A stretch of DNA of 52,093 nucleotides, the filler included, from Streblomastix strix (Eukaryota), in assembly GCA_008636045.1 (NCBI GenBank). It is 3 parts of 3 records of this genome, joined end to end, with 100 filler letters (N's around TTAATTAATTAA, not from the genome) between each part and the next. Parts side by side here need not be neighbours in the genome. Positions count along the whole stretch, not along the records: positions 1 to 17,351 come from SNRW01000709.1; positions 17,452 to 34,724 come from SNRW01000710.1; 1 more part is not named here. One strand, given 5' to 3'. Both the position numbers and the translations under genes were made by a program. The notes beneath the pieces were generated by a model that was given only the letters and a program-made list of their open reading frames with translations, had not been told where the DNA came from and ran no database searches. Positions 12,420-27,394 of the stretch are shown piece after piece; position 1 is the first letter of the stretch; the number at the start of each line of letters is the position of its first letter.

Positions 12420-15048
12420 TCAAATAGACCAAGGAATGAGTTAAGTTATTTCTTAACCTTTACGTTCTTAATTGTCAGACTTATATAATTTGAATGGACC
12501 TAATGATAAGGCCTGAATTGATATTATGTGTAAAAGAAAATGAAAAATGAAAATTAATACAAAAAATAAGTTTAAAAGAAAACTATAAAAAAAATATAAT
12601 TTTTAATTAATTAAATATAAATAATTATTTTCTTATTAAAATATACAATTTCAAATTATGCATACCACAACTTTGATATCTTTTGGGAGTTTGTTAATTC
12701 CAACTCCAGCAAATTCAATTATATCTTTCCCAATGAAGAATTTGGCAATTTGTTCTTCGGTCTGTATTAGATAGTAAATATGAATGAATATAAAAAAGAT
12801 AAACATAATATAAAATATATAACAATTGTTTCAATATTTATTTATAAAATCATCCCAAATAATTCAAAATATAATAATACCTCAAAGTCTAATTGAATAT
12901 TAATATGTCCCCACTTATTTTAATTTTGAGTTTTTGTTTGGGAAATTTGTGTAGATGACTAATTAGAAGATTATTATTATTGTGATGTGGAAGATTATTA
13001 TTATTCTGTTATTCTATCAATATAATCTAATCTTTTCCATATTTGAATGCCATTCATATATAGAGTATATCTATTGATATATTAATCATGAATTTTATTA
13101 AAATATTATAAATATTATTAAAAAATAAAAAGAAATATAAAAATTTAAAAATTTTATTTATATTAATAAATTAATATTAAATTTATTTATTGTTTTCATA
13201 ATATTATTAAATTTTAATAATACACACTAAGGCACAGTAAAAACTACTCCTCTAAGATTGGTCATCTCATTAAAGCTAATCTGTTGTGGAATCTCTTCGT
13301 TTCCCCTCACAATGGCTATGCCTGAATTATAAATATAGATCAAAATTATTAGCAAAATAAAAAATGTATATTAAATTCAAATATTTTAACTCATTTATTA
13401 ATAATTAGGTAAAAAAATATTATTAATAATAATCAAAATAATAAAATATACCTCCATTTTTTAATTTGTTTAATACTGCTTAAAATTACGATATTTGCTG
13501 TAGAAATTCATATTGTTGCGTATATGTTGTAATGTTAGGAATTTAATTATTATCAATTAAAATTTCATTAGATTATTCTTTTCTATTTCCAATCCCAATT
13601 TCTTTCTTTATTTATTTATCTTTATAAATATCAATTCCTTGCACCTTCTCCTATTTTTCTTTTTATAATTACGTTTCTTATTTCATTTCTTTGCTTTATT
13701 TATCTTCAAAAAATCCTTCTTTCTTATCAATAGCAATTTTCTAACTAATATTTTCATTTTTCATTTTTATTTATTTTTCTTTTTCAATTTAGATTTCTTT
13801 TTCCTTCTCTTTCTCTTTTTGTTTTTTCTTTTCTTTCTCCTTTTCTTTTTCTTTTTCTTTTTTTCTCTGTTTTTCTTTATCATTGTCTTTCTCTTTTTAT
13901 TTCGATTTCTCTTTTTTATTTATTCGTGAATATATTATTTCTTCTTCATCAGATTCTTATTAATCTTTCTATTCATGTCTTTTATTTGATTATTAATGAG
14001 TTAATTATCTTAATCCTTAGATATCATTTCGTTGCTGTCTAGTTTCTTATTCAAGAGCATCTACTTCATGTCTTCTAATTTCCATCAATTTATCTGTTTC
14101 ATTCACTTTTTCATTCATATTAATTAGTTTTTCACCAATTTCTTAATCTTTTACTTTGTCTAATTTAATCAGTTATTCTGAAGAAAATTCTGATAATTTT
14201 TATATTGCATTCTCATCAGATTATTCTTAACTTTTTATTTCTTATTTTAATTAGATTATTTATCTTTGATTTTTATAACTATTTTCTTAGTGCTTCTAAT
14301 TTTCAATTTCAATTTATTCTTTTTATTAATTTTCAATACTTTCCAAGGATTATTTGTATTTGGACATTAATTCAACTTTCCTTCTAAGTGTATTTTCATT
14401 TTCTTCTTGGCCTGTTTCAGCATCACCAAAGATCATGAAACTTCCTCCATCTTCCTTTCCTTCTCGTTTCGCTTTGCGGGCTTTATCAACAACAACATTG
14501 AGCATTCCAAGAACAGCAAGAATTGAGACGCAGTAAGTCTGTATCAAAGTCATTATATAGAGAAATGTGTAATTAATTAAGTTAGTTAAGAAATATTCTT
14601 TTAAAATATATAGCGTGCCTTAGTTTCATCAGTTAGAGCTGCCACTAGGAGCGATAGCATTAAATTCTCCAATTACAGTTCAGCTGCTATTTGATGAGCT
14701 AACTTATTCCAATTATTTTTCACAGCTACACAAATAAAAAATAATTAATTATAATCTTGCCCAAAGTAGAAATCGCAAACGATTCAAAAGTAATCGTAAA
14801 ATCTGCCTCAGCACATCCACATCTGAACTTTCAACTGTAAAACTCCCAGATTTGACAATTTCTATGCTCTTACAGAATGTAAGCTCGTTATCGTTTGTAA
14901 AATATTCCTGTAGATGATAAAAATATACGAGAAAAAAATTAACATATAACAGCCAAACGATTGTAGATTCTTTTGTTCCTACAGTTAATTCATTTAAAAG
15001 ATTTATATGGGTGGTTGGAGACTAGTGTTCACTGTTATATGTCATCAT
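12420..15048 (-). CDS. Multi-exon hypothetical protein: helical N-terminus, K/E coiled coil, C-terminal SPRY-like domain; paralog of 22105-24681
   Basis: Exon-by-exon similarity to the contig 2 paralog, dominated by synonymous changes (TYCxSILAVLGML..GGSFMIFG; GIAIV..EEIP; IAKFFIG; LIPW) with conserved intron positions. The SPRY-like call is inference. Confidence 0.75.
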
Positions 15049-15270
15049 TTCTGTGAGAAAAATCAAATGAAATATTTTTATATTTGAACAAAATATCAAC
15101 TTTGCACGCAATCGATTATTTTCTTTATAAAGTCATTAATTAATTTATTTAAATTATGATAATGCAAATTTAAAAATTTTTAATCAAATTTTATTGAGTT
15201 TATTTACTAAAAATTCAAAAATTAATAAAAATTTAGATCAGGGCTACAACATAACCATGTCTCGAGCAAT

Positions 15271-15894
15271 TCAATCATTACTTGTATCAAAAATTAATTT
15301 AAGAATTAGGAAGTCAAGACTTGGTAAATCCGCAAGCAAGAAAATATTTCGCAACTGCGATAGGTCCAAGATAATAAATTCCACTTATTATGATGTTTTA
15401 ACCAACCGAGATTATATAATAATTCTATTCAGACTAATTGATTCGTAGACTAAAGATTCCATATCCATTTCAAAACTTTATTATTTATCAAATTACGCAA
15501 TTATTTCAGAGGTTTCAAATATTTAGAAATTTCTCTCTTATTCACTTAGTTTCTTGTCAATATCAATATCAACAATAACTAAGTATGGACAATCAGCAAT
15601 ATTTATCGCTTTTCCAGTAATATTCCTAGTTTTTACTGGATTTTCTTACTCATCATCTTCTAATGGAGTAATTTCATCGTTGAATTTCTTGAAATCATTT
15701 AATTATATCAATTTCTCAGAAATTCGTGGAGTAAGTTCTTTAGATGTATAATAATCATAATCTGTTAGAATAGCTACAATCCAATCCGAAAATCTTCTAT
15801 TTATAAATAAATTAAGTGCTTCTACCTAATCATTATGATGTGATTCAGCTTCTTCAATTATCTTATTAAAGTCAAGCTGTAATCTATCAGCCAT
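15271..15894 (-). pseudogene. Prim-pol (AEP-type primase/polymerase)-like N-terminal fragment, probably from an endogenous virus or Polinton-like element
   Basis: Intronless MADRLQLDFNK...RNITGKAINIADCPYLVIVDIDIDK. The hhhhDxD motif preceded by a TG-containing strand is typical of prim-pol domains. The later motif II His is not evident, suggesting truncation. Confidence 0.5.
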
Positions 15895-16312
15895 TTTACA
15901 GTAGAGTTCCTTTATTTATTATCGTTTTTACGGAGAATATTCTGAGATTTATGAATTGATTAATACTTAGACTTTTACACTTTGTGCCAATTTGCCAAAT
16001 ACCTAAAATGATGATTCTAAAAAAAAGATTAATTAAAAATAATAATAAAATTAATTAAAAAAAGAAATAATTATTTTTTAATAAAAAATGGAAACTAATT
16101 ATTTTTAATAAAAAATATTAACTCAAATGACCTTGGGCACCAAGATGTAAGCTCTAGTTTTTCAATATTTTTATTTTTAAATTTTTAACTAACTTAATAT
16201 ATATATAAAAAGATAATTTTTAATTATTAAATCTGCAAATATTATTTATTATTTATTTGTCATTTATAAATTAACAAAAATAAATTTAACACACATCTTA
16301 TTTTTCGACCTT

Positions 16313-17345
16313 TCATCCAGATCTAATCATAGTTCCACCTACTTCACCAGTGATTTCAAAGTTTAAAACCTATGGATCAGGTGCATCATCAAAGGTTAAT
16401 CTAATGATAGCTTCATATAGATAATGCATTTAATGAGTTATCTAAGCATATGTTGGAGTAGAATATGATCTTGTGCTATAAATGAATTAAGATTGTTTTG
16501 ATTTTCATCGGTATTAACTTTAATCAATTCATTATCGACGATTCCTTGAGTTAAAGAGCCTGCAAGAGAGACTTAAATATTGGTTCTTGCTCACATTTTA
16601 GATGCATTATATCCTTTTATAGATGAATCATCAGTTGCTATCTTCCAAAGCAAGCATGAATTTGTGAGGATAATATATTTATATTGCATTATTTTCTCTA
16701 TATAACGTAGTATTTAGAAGATATTCTCCCTTTCTTTGAAACTATTACCTATATGACCATAGTAATCATTATTTGCTTCATTTATGGTTCGATTTTGGAA
16801 ATTCAAAGAATGATATAAATATGATGGTGCAGAAACTAAGTCTTATTAAACAAAGCATTCTAACATTTATGAAGTGACCATTGGATTCAACGATACATAT
16901 TCTTATTAAATAAGATGCCGCTAATCAATTTCCAAATTGAACCTCTAAAATAACCCAAGATAAAACTAAGTTGGATATTAGTTCATAACAAATGTAATAA
17001 ATATATCTTTTTTATTTGAATATGATATCATACTTCACATATAGCCATCACTAGCAGTGAATCCTCGAAATGGGAAATTAATTGATTATGTACGTATAAT
17101 TTATGTAGGAAAATTCAGTATTTTTTGAACTCGTATCATATCAATAATTGCTTCTTCATTCTCCATATTGAAACCGACATTATGAATATCTAACTTATTA
17201 AATTTCGCATCCTTTATTTATTATCGTTTTCATTTGATATAACAATTGCCGGAGTTCTTGATTTTAAACAGTTAAATCCAAAATTCAATTCATTTCCAGT
17301 GTTAATACATAATTACGCATCGCTATATTTATAGTTACAGACTTA
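16313..17345 (-). pseudogene. Degenerate intronless ORF, putative major capsid protein C-terminal half of a Maverick/Polinton-like endogenous virus
   Basis: ..ILNFPTQIIRTQSINFPF..IDQRHLI..CFVQQDLVSAPS.LYHSLNF..WKIATDDS.IKGYNASKM..MHYLYEAIIRLTFDDAPDPQVLNFEITGEVGGTMIRSG*. Beta-rich, with TGA stops and frameshifts, and next to the prim-pol fragment. The capsid identity rests on recollection of a similar metamonad family and is unverified. Confidence 0.4.
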
Positions 17346-17351
17346 AGATTT

Positions 17352-17451
17352 NNNNNNNNNNNNNNNNNNNNNNNNNNNNNNNNNNNNNNNNNNNNTTAAT
17401 TAATTAANNNNNNNNNNNNNNNNNNNNNNNNNNNNNNNNNNNNNNNNNNNN
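17352..17451. other. Artificial contig linker
   Basis: N44-TTAATTAATTAA-N44, 100 nt. Confidence 0.99.
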
Positions 17452-17538
<87 letters not shown>

Positions 17539-17607
17539 CTTATTATTATTATTATTATTATTATTATTTATTTATATATATATATTTATTATTATATTTA
17601 TATATAT

Positions 17608-17647
<40 letters not shown>

Positions 17648-17650
17648 TTA
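17452..17650. repeat. (TA)n / (TAT)n microsatellite (intronic, at contig start)
   Basis: Seen directly. Confidence 0.95.
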
Positions 17651-17655
17651 TACAG

Positions 17656-19018
17656 AGCTCCTAACTATCTTTCATGTCTTAGACGTGCTTTAAGAGAAAT
17701 AGGATGTCCATATGTATGAAAATTGATATTAAATTAATATATATATTTATATTTTATTTTTTATGTTAAATATATTTATTTTTTAATTTTCATTTGCTTT
17801 AAATTATTTTTTTCATATTTTTGATAGGTTCCTGTTATCCCACTTACAACAGTAAACAAGTTTGATGCTCATCATCCTGGATTTGAAATGAATGCTTCTT
17901 TATATAGGTAATTTTTATTCTTAACTTATAATTGATTTGTTTTATTAATTGACAATTATTATTATATTATATCAATTTTATTTATGTTATTTAAAATAAA
18001 TAGAGAAGCTGTGTATGCATTTGTAATGGGCGATCTATTGTAAAGGTTATTACTCAGAACAAGACCATATGAAAGAGTTAAAGTATAAATATAATTGATT
18101 ATGAATTGTTATAAAATGTTCTTCACTTAATCATTGTTAATTTTATATTTAAACAGGGATCTGCAAATGAATTATGCTTAGAAATGATGAGAAGAGGGTA
18201 TGAATATTATTATTTATGTAAATGATAATTACTTGTTTTAATTTAATCAATTTATTCCCTTTTAAATTTTATAATTTTATTGTTAAATATTTTTATTATA
18301 TTCTAAGATACGATATTCTTTATTCTGGTACAGCAAATAATAAATTATATAGAAAGTGGATGGAAGAATCTATCCATAAATTTGATACATTACCATTTGC
18401 CATTGATATTGAAACTGGAAAAGAAATGATTGGTCTGAGAATAAAATATTATATAAATGAATCTCATTGATATAATATTTAATAACAAAGATTAAATAAA
18501 TAAAAATTATTCAATATATTTAATTATAATAATTTATTGCATATTAAATTATATAGGCAATGAAAAACCTAGAGTAGGAATAGTTGGTGAAATAGGAGTT
18601 CAATTAAGGCCTTCACTTAATGGGTATGTTATGGAATAATTAGAATTGTAAGGTGCTGAAGTATGCATATTGAATGTGATAGAAATGAATATTATTACAT
18701 TTACATTTATGAATTGAAAATGTTAAAATAATTATATTAACTTTAATTATCTAATACCATATACTATTTTTTACTCATTAATTTTTCTGTTTATTAACAT
18801 TATAGGCTGTTTGCCTTGGAATGATTGACTTCATTGGATATGCAGCACTTGATGACATATCACTGCATCGTCTTCTCCGTCGAGACCTTCCTTCATTCCT
18901 CATATCTAAATTTGCTATTACGTATATTAATCATCTCATACATCCTATACAAAAAGGCCTTAAAGAATCAAAGTGTGCATAATTGAATATCATTTTGTTT
19001 ATTATCGTATTTATCATA

Positions 19019-19057
<39 letters not shown>

Positions 19058-20115
19058 TGATACATAGGCGCTTCTTCAATCGTCCATTCTCAACTGCAAC
19101 TGAGATTGTGAATCTGGTTGAAAAGGAAGGCCATTGTTCTCCTTTGATGGTTTAATCTAAATTTGAGTAACATTCATTTTAATTATTAATAATTTTAATT
19201 CATTCTTATTTTATTTATAATTTTTTTATATATTAATGGAAATAAGGTCTGGGGTGAAGGATGGCTTCTTGTTGGTATGAATAAAACTTATTAATTTATT
19301 TTTACAATTATTTATTTTTAATTATTGATATTTTTTTTAATGTGAATTAATTAGGAGAAATGGTTGAAATGATCACTCTTCTTGATTGCCCAAATATTCT
19401 TTTGCTATAACCATGGGGATGTTTACCTAATCATATAACTGGTTTGTATTGTACATGTAAAATAAATATATTTTATTTTATTTTAATGAATGAGATTTAT
19501 TTATATTTGATAATTAATTATTTTTATTTTTTATGTATCATTTTTTTAAATAATAAATTGTTTAAATAAATGTTTAACTAACGAAGGCCGAGGTTTCCTT
19601 AAATATCTTAGAACGAAGTTTACGGGTATTTAATAATAAATACAAATATTTTAATCATTAATACTAGAAATTATAATTATTTCTCTTATTTTTTCATATT
19701 TTTATTTATTTTTAAAAATATTTTTATTTATATTTATATTATATTAGGTGCGAATATTGTACCAATTGACTTCGATACAAGTGCTTCAGAAGTTAATTAA
19801 ATGAATAGGTATGACTTAAAATTTATCCCAATATTTTTAATATATATATATCAAATCTATTCATTTTTTATTTTTAAATATATTATTTCATTTATAAATA
19901 ATATATATTCAAAATTAATTTGAAGAATTACATTAATGCTTTCTGTAGCAAAAGATGCACTCAAACAAAAACGAGATGCTGAATTAATTCAACGACTAAA
20001 CAAAATTAAATAAGAAGAAAAAGATAGATTAGAAGTTGCAAAAGCAAGCATTGCTGGTGGCATTTTCAATATTGCGAAATTAGAACCAAACGCATAACTT
20101 ATTTGTGCTGAGTGA
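17656..20115 (+). CDS. C-terminal part of a bacterial-type 2-hydroxyacyl-CoA dehydratase / CoA-substrate-specific activase multidomain protein (COG3581-like region); 5' end lies outside the contig
   Basis: About 13 exons spell RAPNYLSCLRRAL..VPVI..GDLLQRLLLRTRPYE..GSANEL..KPRVGIVGEI..EGAE-like..GEGWLLVGEM..NILLLQPWGCLPNHITGRG..ANIVPIDFDTSASEVNQMNRITLMLSVAK, matching the bacterial consensus QPFACLPNH.TGKG..ANIV.IDYD.GASEVNQLNRIKLML. Confidence 0.85.
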
Positions 20116-20415
20116 GTTATTATTTTTATTTTTGAATGAGTATCTAATTTTTACTGTGTAAGAAACATCTATTGTGCTTTATAGGGTTCTTTTATTTATT
20201 ATTATTTGAGAGCTATTATTATTCCAAATTTTGAGCATCTAAATTAGCAACCAGAGTTTTGTATATCGTTTGTGTTTTTTTAACTTAATTAGTGTAAAAT
20301 AAACTTAGCAGCCAAAGCTGAAATTTATTGCTATAATTTGCTAAAAAAATATTATAACATGAAAATAATAATTTCAAAAATATTAAATTAAAATGAAATA
20401 AGGATTTAAAGACTG

Positions 20416-21834
20416 ATGGATTCTGGTCCACCTAAAAAGTGTAAAATTATATTAAAATGTTTATTGCATATAACATTTAAATTAAATACCTAAATTTTGA
20501 AAAGTTTAACAAACAGTCTCTTTAGAAATGGAATATTTTCTTTATTCAATAAACCTCTTTATTAATTCTATATTGAATCAATAAATCAAAGTATAAACAA
20601 ATAAATTAATAATTACGATTGAAGAATTATTAATTTATGAGTGTATTAATCTTGTTTATTGTGAGAGGGTAAAAATTAAATAATATTTTAAGTTTGGTGT
20701 ATAAATCGACTATGTATACTACCAATAATTTCGATTTACATTATTTTTACCACCATATTTTTTAATATTTTATATTTTCTTTTATTTTAATAGAAAGAAG
20801 GAGCATCCCGCTCTTAAAAGCTTATGCTCTATTTATTCGCCAACAGAATAAAGATATCTTATGTAAGAATGGTGTATGCACAGAAAAATAAACAAATTAA
20901 TATTAAATCAACTTTTTTTCATAGATCACTGTCGAACTTGCGGCATGTAAGGGTCTGAGGGGGCTTGTTTAGGTTTATTTGATTTAATTAGGAATATTTT
21001 CAAGTTTTTGTTAAACAGGATGTGTTAAGACGTGTCATTAAGGGCATGATGTTTACCCTCATGGTCGAAGCACTTTTTTCTGTGATTGCTCGTATATTAA
21101 TATTTTTTTACATTTATTCATTTCTTTATTATCATTTTCTTTGTACCAATAATGAATATATATTTTTATGTTTTGTTTATATTATTTTAAATGAAGTACC
21201 TCGCGAAAAGAATGCAAGAACATTCCTAACATGTGCTAGGTTAGAAACTTAATCGCTTTATATTTAATATTTATTATATCGTTAAAATGCATAATAATTT
21301 TAGGGAAGTGAAATGAGTTAGACGTTTCAGCCAAGTTGTAGTTGTCCATAATGCCACTCTGACTATATTTGTTTAGCTTGCGCTTGGGTTTGAAAAAAAT
21401 GCAATTTGCATTATTTTTTACATCATATTCTATTCAAATCTGTTTTGTACCAAAGCATTGTCATAAAGACCACGGGTATGAGTAAATTTTATCTGTCAAT
21501 AATATTTTTATATGTTTAACTTTTTCATATAAATAAAATGATTAAATTTCAAATATTTATTGTATTTGATCATAGGTTTTAGTATTAATAGCCGAAGAAG
21601 TTTCATTGCGAATGCGGTTCTAAATGTAAGATCCCATATAAAGAATCTTCAGCAATTCCTGAAGTTAAGCAAATTGTAGTTTAATACCCTCTGCTTGAAC
21701 CACCTGGCCCTATGCATCCACCCACGTCACTGATGATGTATAATATTCCTAGAGCTCTTCCTGAACATGGAGATACTATGTCAATAATTACTGCATATCC
21801 ATCTATCACTTCACTTGATATTTCTTTTATGTGA
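20416..21834 (+). CDS. Small multi-exon protein with two tandem UBR-box-type zinc fingers
   Basis: Finger 1: HCRTCG..CVKTCHQGHDV..STFFCDC. Finger 2: SCPQC..ICLACA.HCHKDH..KFHCECG. Pro-rich C-terminus ending in TGA at 21832-21834. The start codon is tentative. Confidence 0.7.
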
Positions 21835-22104
21835 TTGACTAAAATTGTATTATTTTATTTTTTTATATGTATTGCTAATAAACTTTCAAAGATCAATACG
21901 CAAATTTTGAGGTTGATAAATATAAAGATGTTTTTTATAATAATAATAATTTAATTTCTGCAACGACGAACATTTCGATTTAAATTTATATAAAAATTTA
22001 AAAAATTATTTATTCAAACATAATATTATCAATTGATAAAACTCATTATCGATCAATATTTTTTATTTTATTATTAGAATCTTTCAACTGATTTTCTCGC
22101 TGAT

Positions 22105-24681
22105 ATGAAGTCGTCTAACAGCGAATAGAATTAGATAAATAACCATATAAATAAAACAAACGAATAAACCAAAAATACAGAAGAAATATTAACGGTTTGG
22201 TCGAAGAATCGATATTTTTTTTAATCGCTTTTTTTTGCTCTCCACATGAAACTGCATTATAGCTCAATGAGTAAATTTTCCGTGAGAACATAGAAGTCAT
22301 AAAATCGGGAAGTTATACGGTTAGAAACACACAAGAAGATGCGCTGAGGTAGATTTTGCGCTTGCTAGTCAATCGTTTGCGATTATCGCTTTAAGCACAA
22401 TTATACACATTCATAATCAATTTTATTTGTTTTTATTTATGTAGCTGCGAACAATTAATGGAATTAATTAGTTTAACACTTAGCATCAGAGCTCTAATTG
22501 GGAAATTTAATGCTGTCGCTTCTGGAGATGGCTCAAACCGATGGAGCAAAGGTATATTACATATTTGAAATGAATGCTTTTAAATTGTTTAAAAATATAT
22601 CTCATTTGTTCATATATTGACGTTGGCACAGACTTATTGCGCTTCTATTCTTGCAGTTCTTGGAATGCTTCCCATCATTCTTGATAGAGCACGGGAAGCT
22701 AAACGATAAGGTAAGGAATATGGAGGAAGCTTTATGATCTTTGGCGAGAAGGAGATAGAACAAGAAGATAAAGAAATTGTACTAAAAAGGAAAGTTGAAC
22801 TATTGTCTAATTATTAACAATAAATTGAAAACCTTGAAAATTAACAAAACAAATAGATTGAAATAGAACATTAAAGACACAATGATGGAAGAAATTTAAG
22901 TCATAATTAAATAGCAGAACTAAATTAATAAATATTAAGTTAATAAAACCATATTGATAATGAAAATGAATTGGAAACTCAATTAAATGAATTAAGAGTG
23001 AATGAAAATGAATTTAATGAAAAACTAATAAATTTGAATGAACGAGTGAATTAAACAGATAAATTAGTGGATTTTAAAAGGAATGAAGTAGATGGACTAG
23101 AAGAATAAGCAAAGACAAAAGTAGATGAAGTTCAGAAACTGAAATATGTATCTCAACAACAAAGTATTATAAAAACAAATAAAAAGATTATTTATTAAGA
23201 ACCAGAAGACGAAGAAGAAATGGTTTATTCTGGAAAAGATGAAAAAGTCAAATAAAAAGATAAAGAAAAGAAGAAATAAAAAGAGAAAGAGAAAGAAAGA
23301 CTAAAAGAGAAATAAAGAAAAAAAGAAAAAGAAAAAGAAAATAAAAAAGAAAGAGAGAAAGAAGCTAAGAAAGAGAAGGGAAAAGAAAAAGATTAATTGA
23401 AAGAAGAATATATAGAAGCATAAAATGATGTTGATAAGAAAGAATAACTGGAATAATAAATGAAAAAAAAAGAAAAAGATGAACAAATTCAAAAAGAATA
23501 GAAAGTTGGATAAACTGATATACCTGCTCCAAAAATAAGAACTGAAATTCAAATTGCAGATTTCAGAGGAATAATTTCAAGAACTGGAGCTGTTATGTAA
23601 ACAAAAAGACACGGTGGTTTGTTTTTGAATTATATCAATAATTCTAATTTTTATTAAATTTTAAAGATTTAAAAGAAATTTAAAATTGTTTTCTTTTTGT
23701 TTATATTTATGTTTTTATTTACCGAATATTGAATAATAATAAAATAGGTATTGCAATAGTGAGTGCAAGTGAAGAAATACCAAAAGAGTTGAGTTAAGAA
23801 GAAATGCTCAATATAAGGGGAGTTTTATTTAAAGTACCTGAGTATGATATTTATATAAAAATAAAATAAATTTAAATTTAATGATTTTGATCTTAATCGT
23901 TTTATTTTGTGAATTATAAAAATTTTCATTATTCTCTAAATAAAAATATTCATTTCTAATTAATCTTTATTATTTAATCAGGTTTGCGCTCTATTAAAAT
24001 GGATAACAAATGTGGAAACGGAATTTAAATGTAGTTGCATAATAAACATAACAATTAGCTTAATAATCTTCATCGTCTTCACCATAATCCACATCACAAA
24101 CATCTACATAATCTGCTAATTTGACATAACAACTTCCTGTTTGGGCTCATCTTTGTCTTTAACTTGACATGGTGGTATGAAAATACATATTTTATAAATT
24201 CAATAAAAAATATTTATTAATACAAATTTTTATAAAAAATATATTGTATAAATAAAAATGCATAATTTATATTATTTTCTAACTAATCTTATCAAATCAT
24301 TTTATATTCCCTTGTATATATTTATTTGTGTTTCCTGTTATTTTTAGTCTGAGGAAAAAATAGCAAAGTTCTTCATTGGGCCTGATTTAGGTGAATCAGT
24401 CAGTATGGGAATAAGTGGTCTACCAAATTAAATTAAAGTAGTGGTGTGATAATTGAAAAATAAATAGGAATTGAAAAATAAAAACTTTAATTTAAATTAA
24501 AATAGTAAATTATTTTAAGTTTTCTAATTTAATTATTATATGACATTTATATTTATTTATTTATTTAAATAAGGTTCTTTCTTCAGGAGCTTTAAAAGCT
24601 TTTTAAGCTTTTAATACAAAGCGAGTTGGTGATGATGTCACTTCACTTATTCCTTGGGAAGTTCAAAGTGAAGAAAAATGA
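22105..24681 (+). CDS. Multi-exon hypothetical protein (coiled coil + SPRY-like C-terminus); paralog of 12420-15048
   Basis: Same exon structure and motifs as the contig 1 gene. Open with TAR=Gln and ends LIPWEVQSEEK*. Confidence 0.75.
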
Positions 24682-25225
24682 ACAATTAAAACTTATAATG
24701 TATAATGAATAATAAATTTAATAATAAGAAATAGATTAAAACGAAAGAGCATAATAATTATAATAATAAACGAATATTTATTTGATTAATAATTCAAATT
24801 CTTCAACCTAAACAATTCAATTACAATTTTTTATCATCTTTTAATTTTCTGTAATTGTAACCCTAATAACTTTTTGTACTTTCATAGATTATGGCTATCA
24901 AGATTCTTACTTAAGAATTTATTTTATACTCCACTTATTAATTACATTTGCGTGTTTAAATAAACTGAACTTTAATCAATTGTTTGTTTGTTTGTTATTT
25001 AGATAGAAACAAGTTGTAAAATGCAATTATGTTTTATAACTATTTATTTGTAAACAAATGTAAAAAACAATAAATTTACTTATAAGCAACATTATTAATT
25101 CTATTGTTAATTGTTTTATTAAAAAGATAGTTAATTATTATTTAAAGATTGTGAAAGTTTCAATTGAATTTCTTATTGCGTTTTATCTTATATTAATTGT
25201 TTATGATTCAATTTTATCGTTTTTC

Positions 25226-27158
<1,933 letters not shown>

Positions 27159-27394
27159 GTTATATATATTAAATTCATTTATTTAACTCAATTTACAAAT
27201 TAAAAAAGCGATGCCGATAAATAAATCTTAATATAAAAAACACGTTTTCCTTATGAAATATTCTTCTATTACTTAAAAATTTCTGTTTAATTTTAATTTA
27301 ATAATTATTTTGAAAGTTTATTAAATATATTTTAAATTTTAATAATTATTTTAAGTATAGTTTTATTAATTTTTAATCAAATTTCAGATTTTAC

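Noticed and set aside
14728..14780. Non-canonical intron boundary after LRFLLW
   Set aside because: Resolved by a canonical upstream donor AAT C|GTTTGC conserved in both paralogs.
17396..17407. TTAATTAATTAA palindrome between N runs (also 34769-34780)
   Set aside because: Standard artificial six-frame-stop linker. No synteny can be inferred across it.
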